Shown one piece after another: positions 63,642-64,000 of a DNA stretch of 64,000 nucleotides. A model generated the notes under the pieces. The model did not search any database and was not told the origin of the DNA. It saw nothing but the letters and a program-made list of their open reading frames with translations. Made by a program: the position numbers and the translations under genes. Source of the DNA: Macrostomum lignano (Eukaryota); contig NIVC01000984.1 of assembly GCA_002269645.1 (NCBI GenBank), positions 248,001 through 312,000 on the forward strand. The letters are read 5' to 3'. The stretch's first letter is position 1, and each line of letters begins with the position of its first letter.

Positions 63642-64000
63642 CTGCGCGCAGGTGGCGGAGCGCAATTAGCTCAAAATAGGCAGGTGAACTTTATCGTTCG
63701 AGAGATACGATTCTAAGAAAGCGGTTACTATGCTCAAAATAATAATGCAAAAGATAATACAATCAATACCTGCGACTTTGAGACTGTCTTTCTTGAAGAC
63801 TGTCCGTCACGTTTAAAAACTAACTGTATGCTTTCTCATGAGTCTTTTAAAAGGTTCGGAATTGAGCCCTGAGTTCGAGCTCTTACAGCTCCTGACCGAA
63901 CAGGTCGTATAGCTCATAGAAATGTTGCGAAATCCCTTCCTGAACCCGTTTGGTCTGCAGCTTCATTGCGGACTCCATCATAGGAGCTGGCACTGTTGAG

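Noticed and set aside
63780-64000. Possible upstream CASKIN exon
   Set aside because: No recognisable ankyrin or SH3 motif and no convincing in-phase donor.

Overview
Eukaryotic (metazoan) genomic DNA: GC-rich exons with poly-Gln/Ala tracts, AT-rich introns loaded with many unrelated minisatellites, and many decayed transposons. This style suggests the flatworm Macrostomum lignano (inference, not verified). I reconstructed by hand five spliced genes whose exon phases are mutually consistent: ZDHHC23-like palmitoyltransferase (+), RNF38/RNF44-like RING-H2 ligase (-, with candidate alternative first exons), SMARCD1/BAF60 (-), TMEM151 (+) and the 3' part of a CASKIN-like gene (-). Two adjacent large single ORFs (-; 1006 aa and 320 aa) have SANT-like N-termini that resemble SNAPC2. 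Mobile elements include a CCC-ended TIR element carrying a gypsy pol fragment and splitting a decayed p38-like MAPK sequence, plus hAT, PIF/Harbinger, MULE, piggyBac, RTE-like LINE and tRNA-derived SINE remnants. Most long ORFs in the supplied track are artefacts of stop-free minisatellites. All homology calls come from recalled family motifs; no database search was run.
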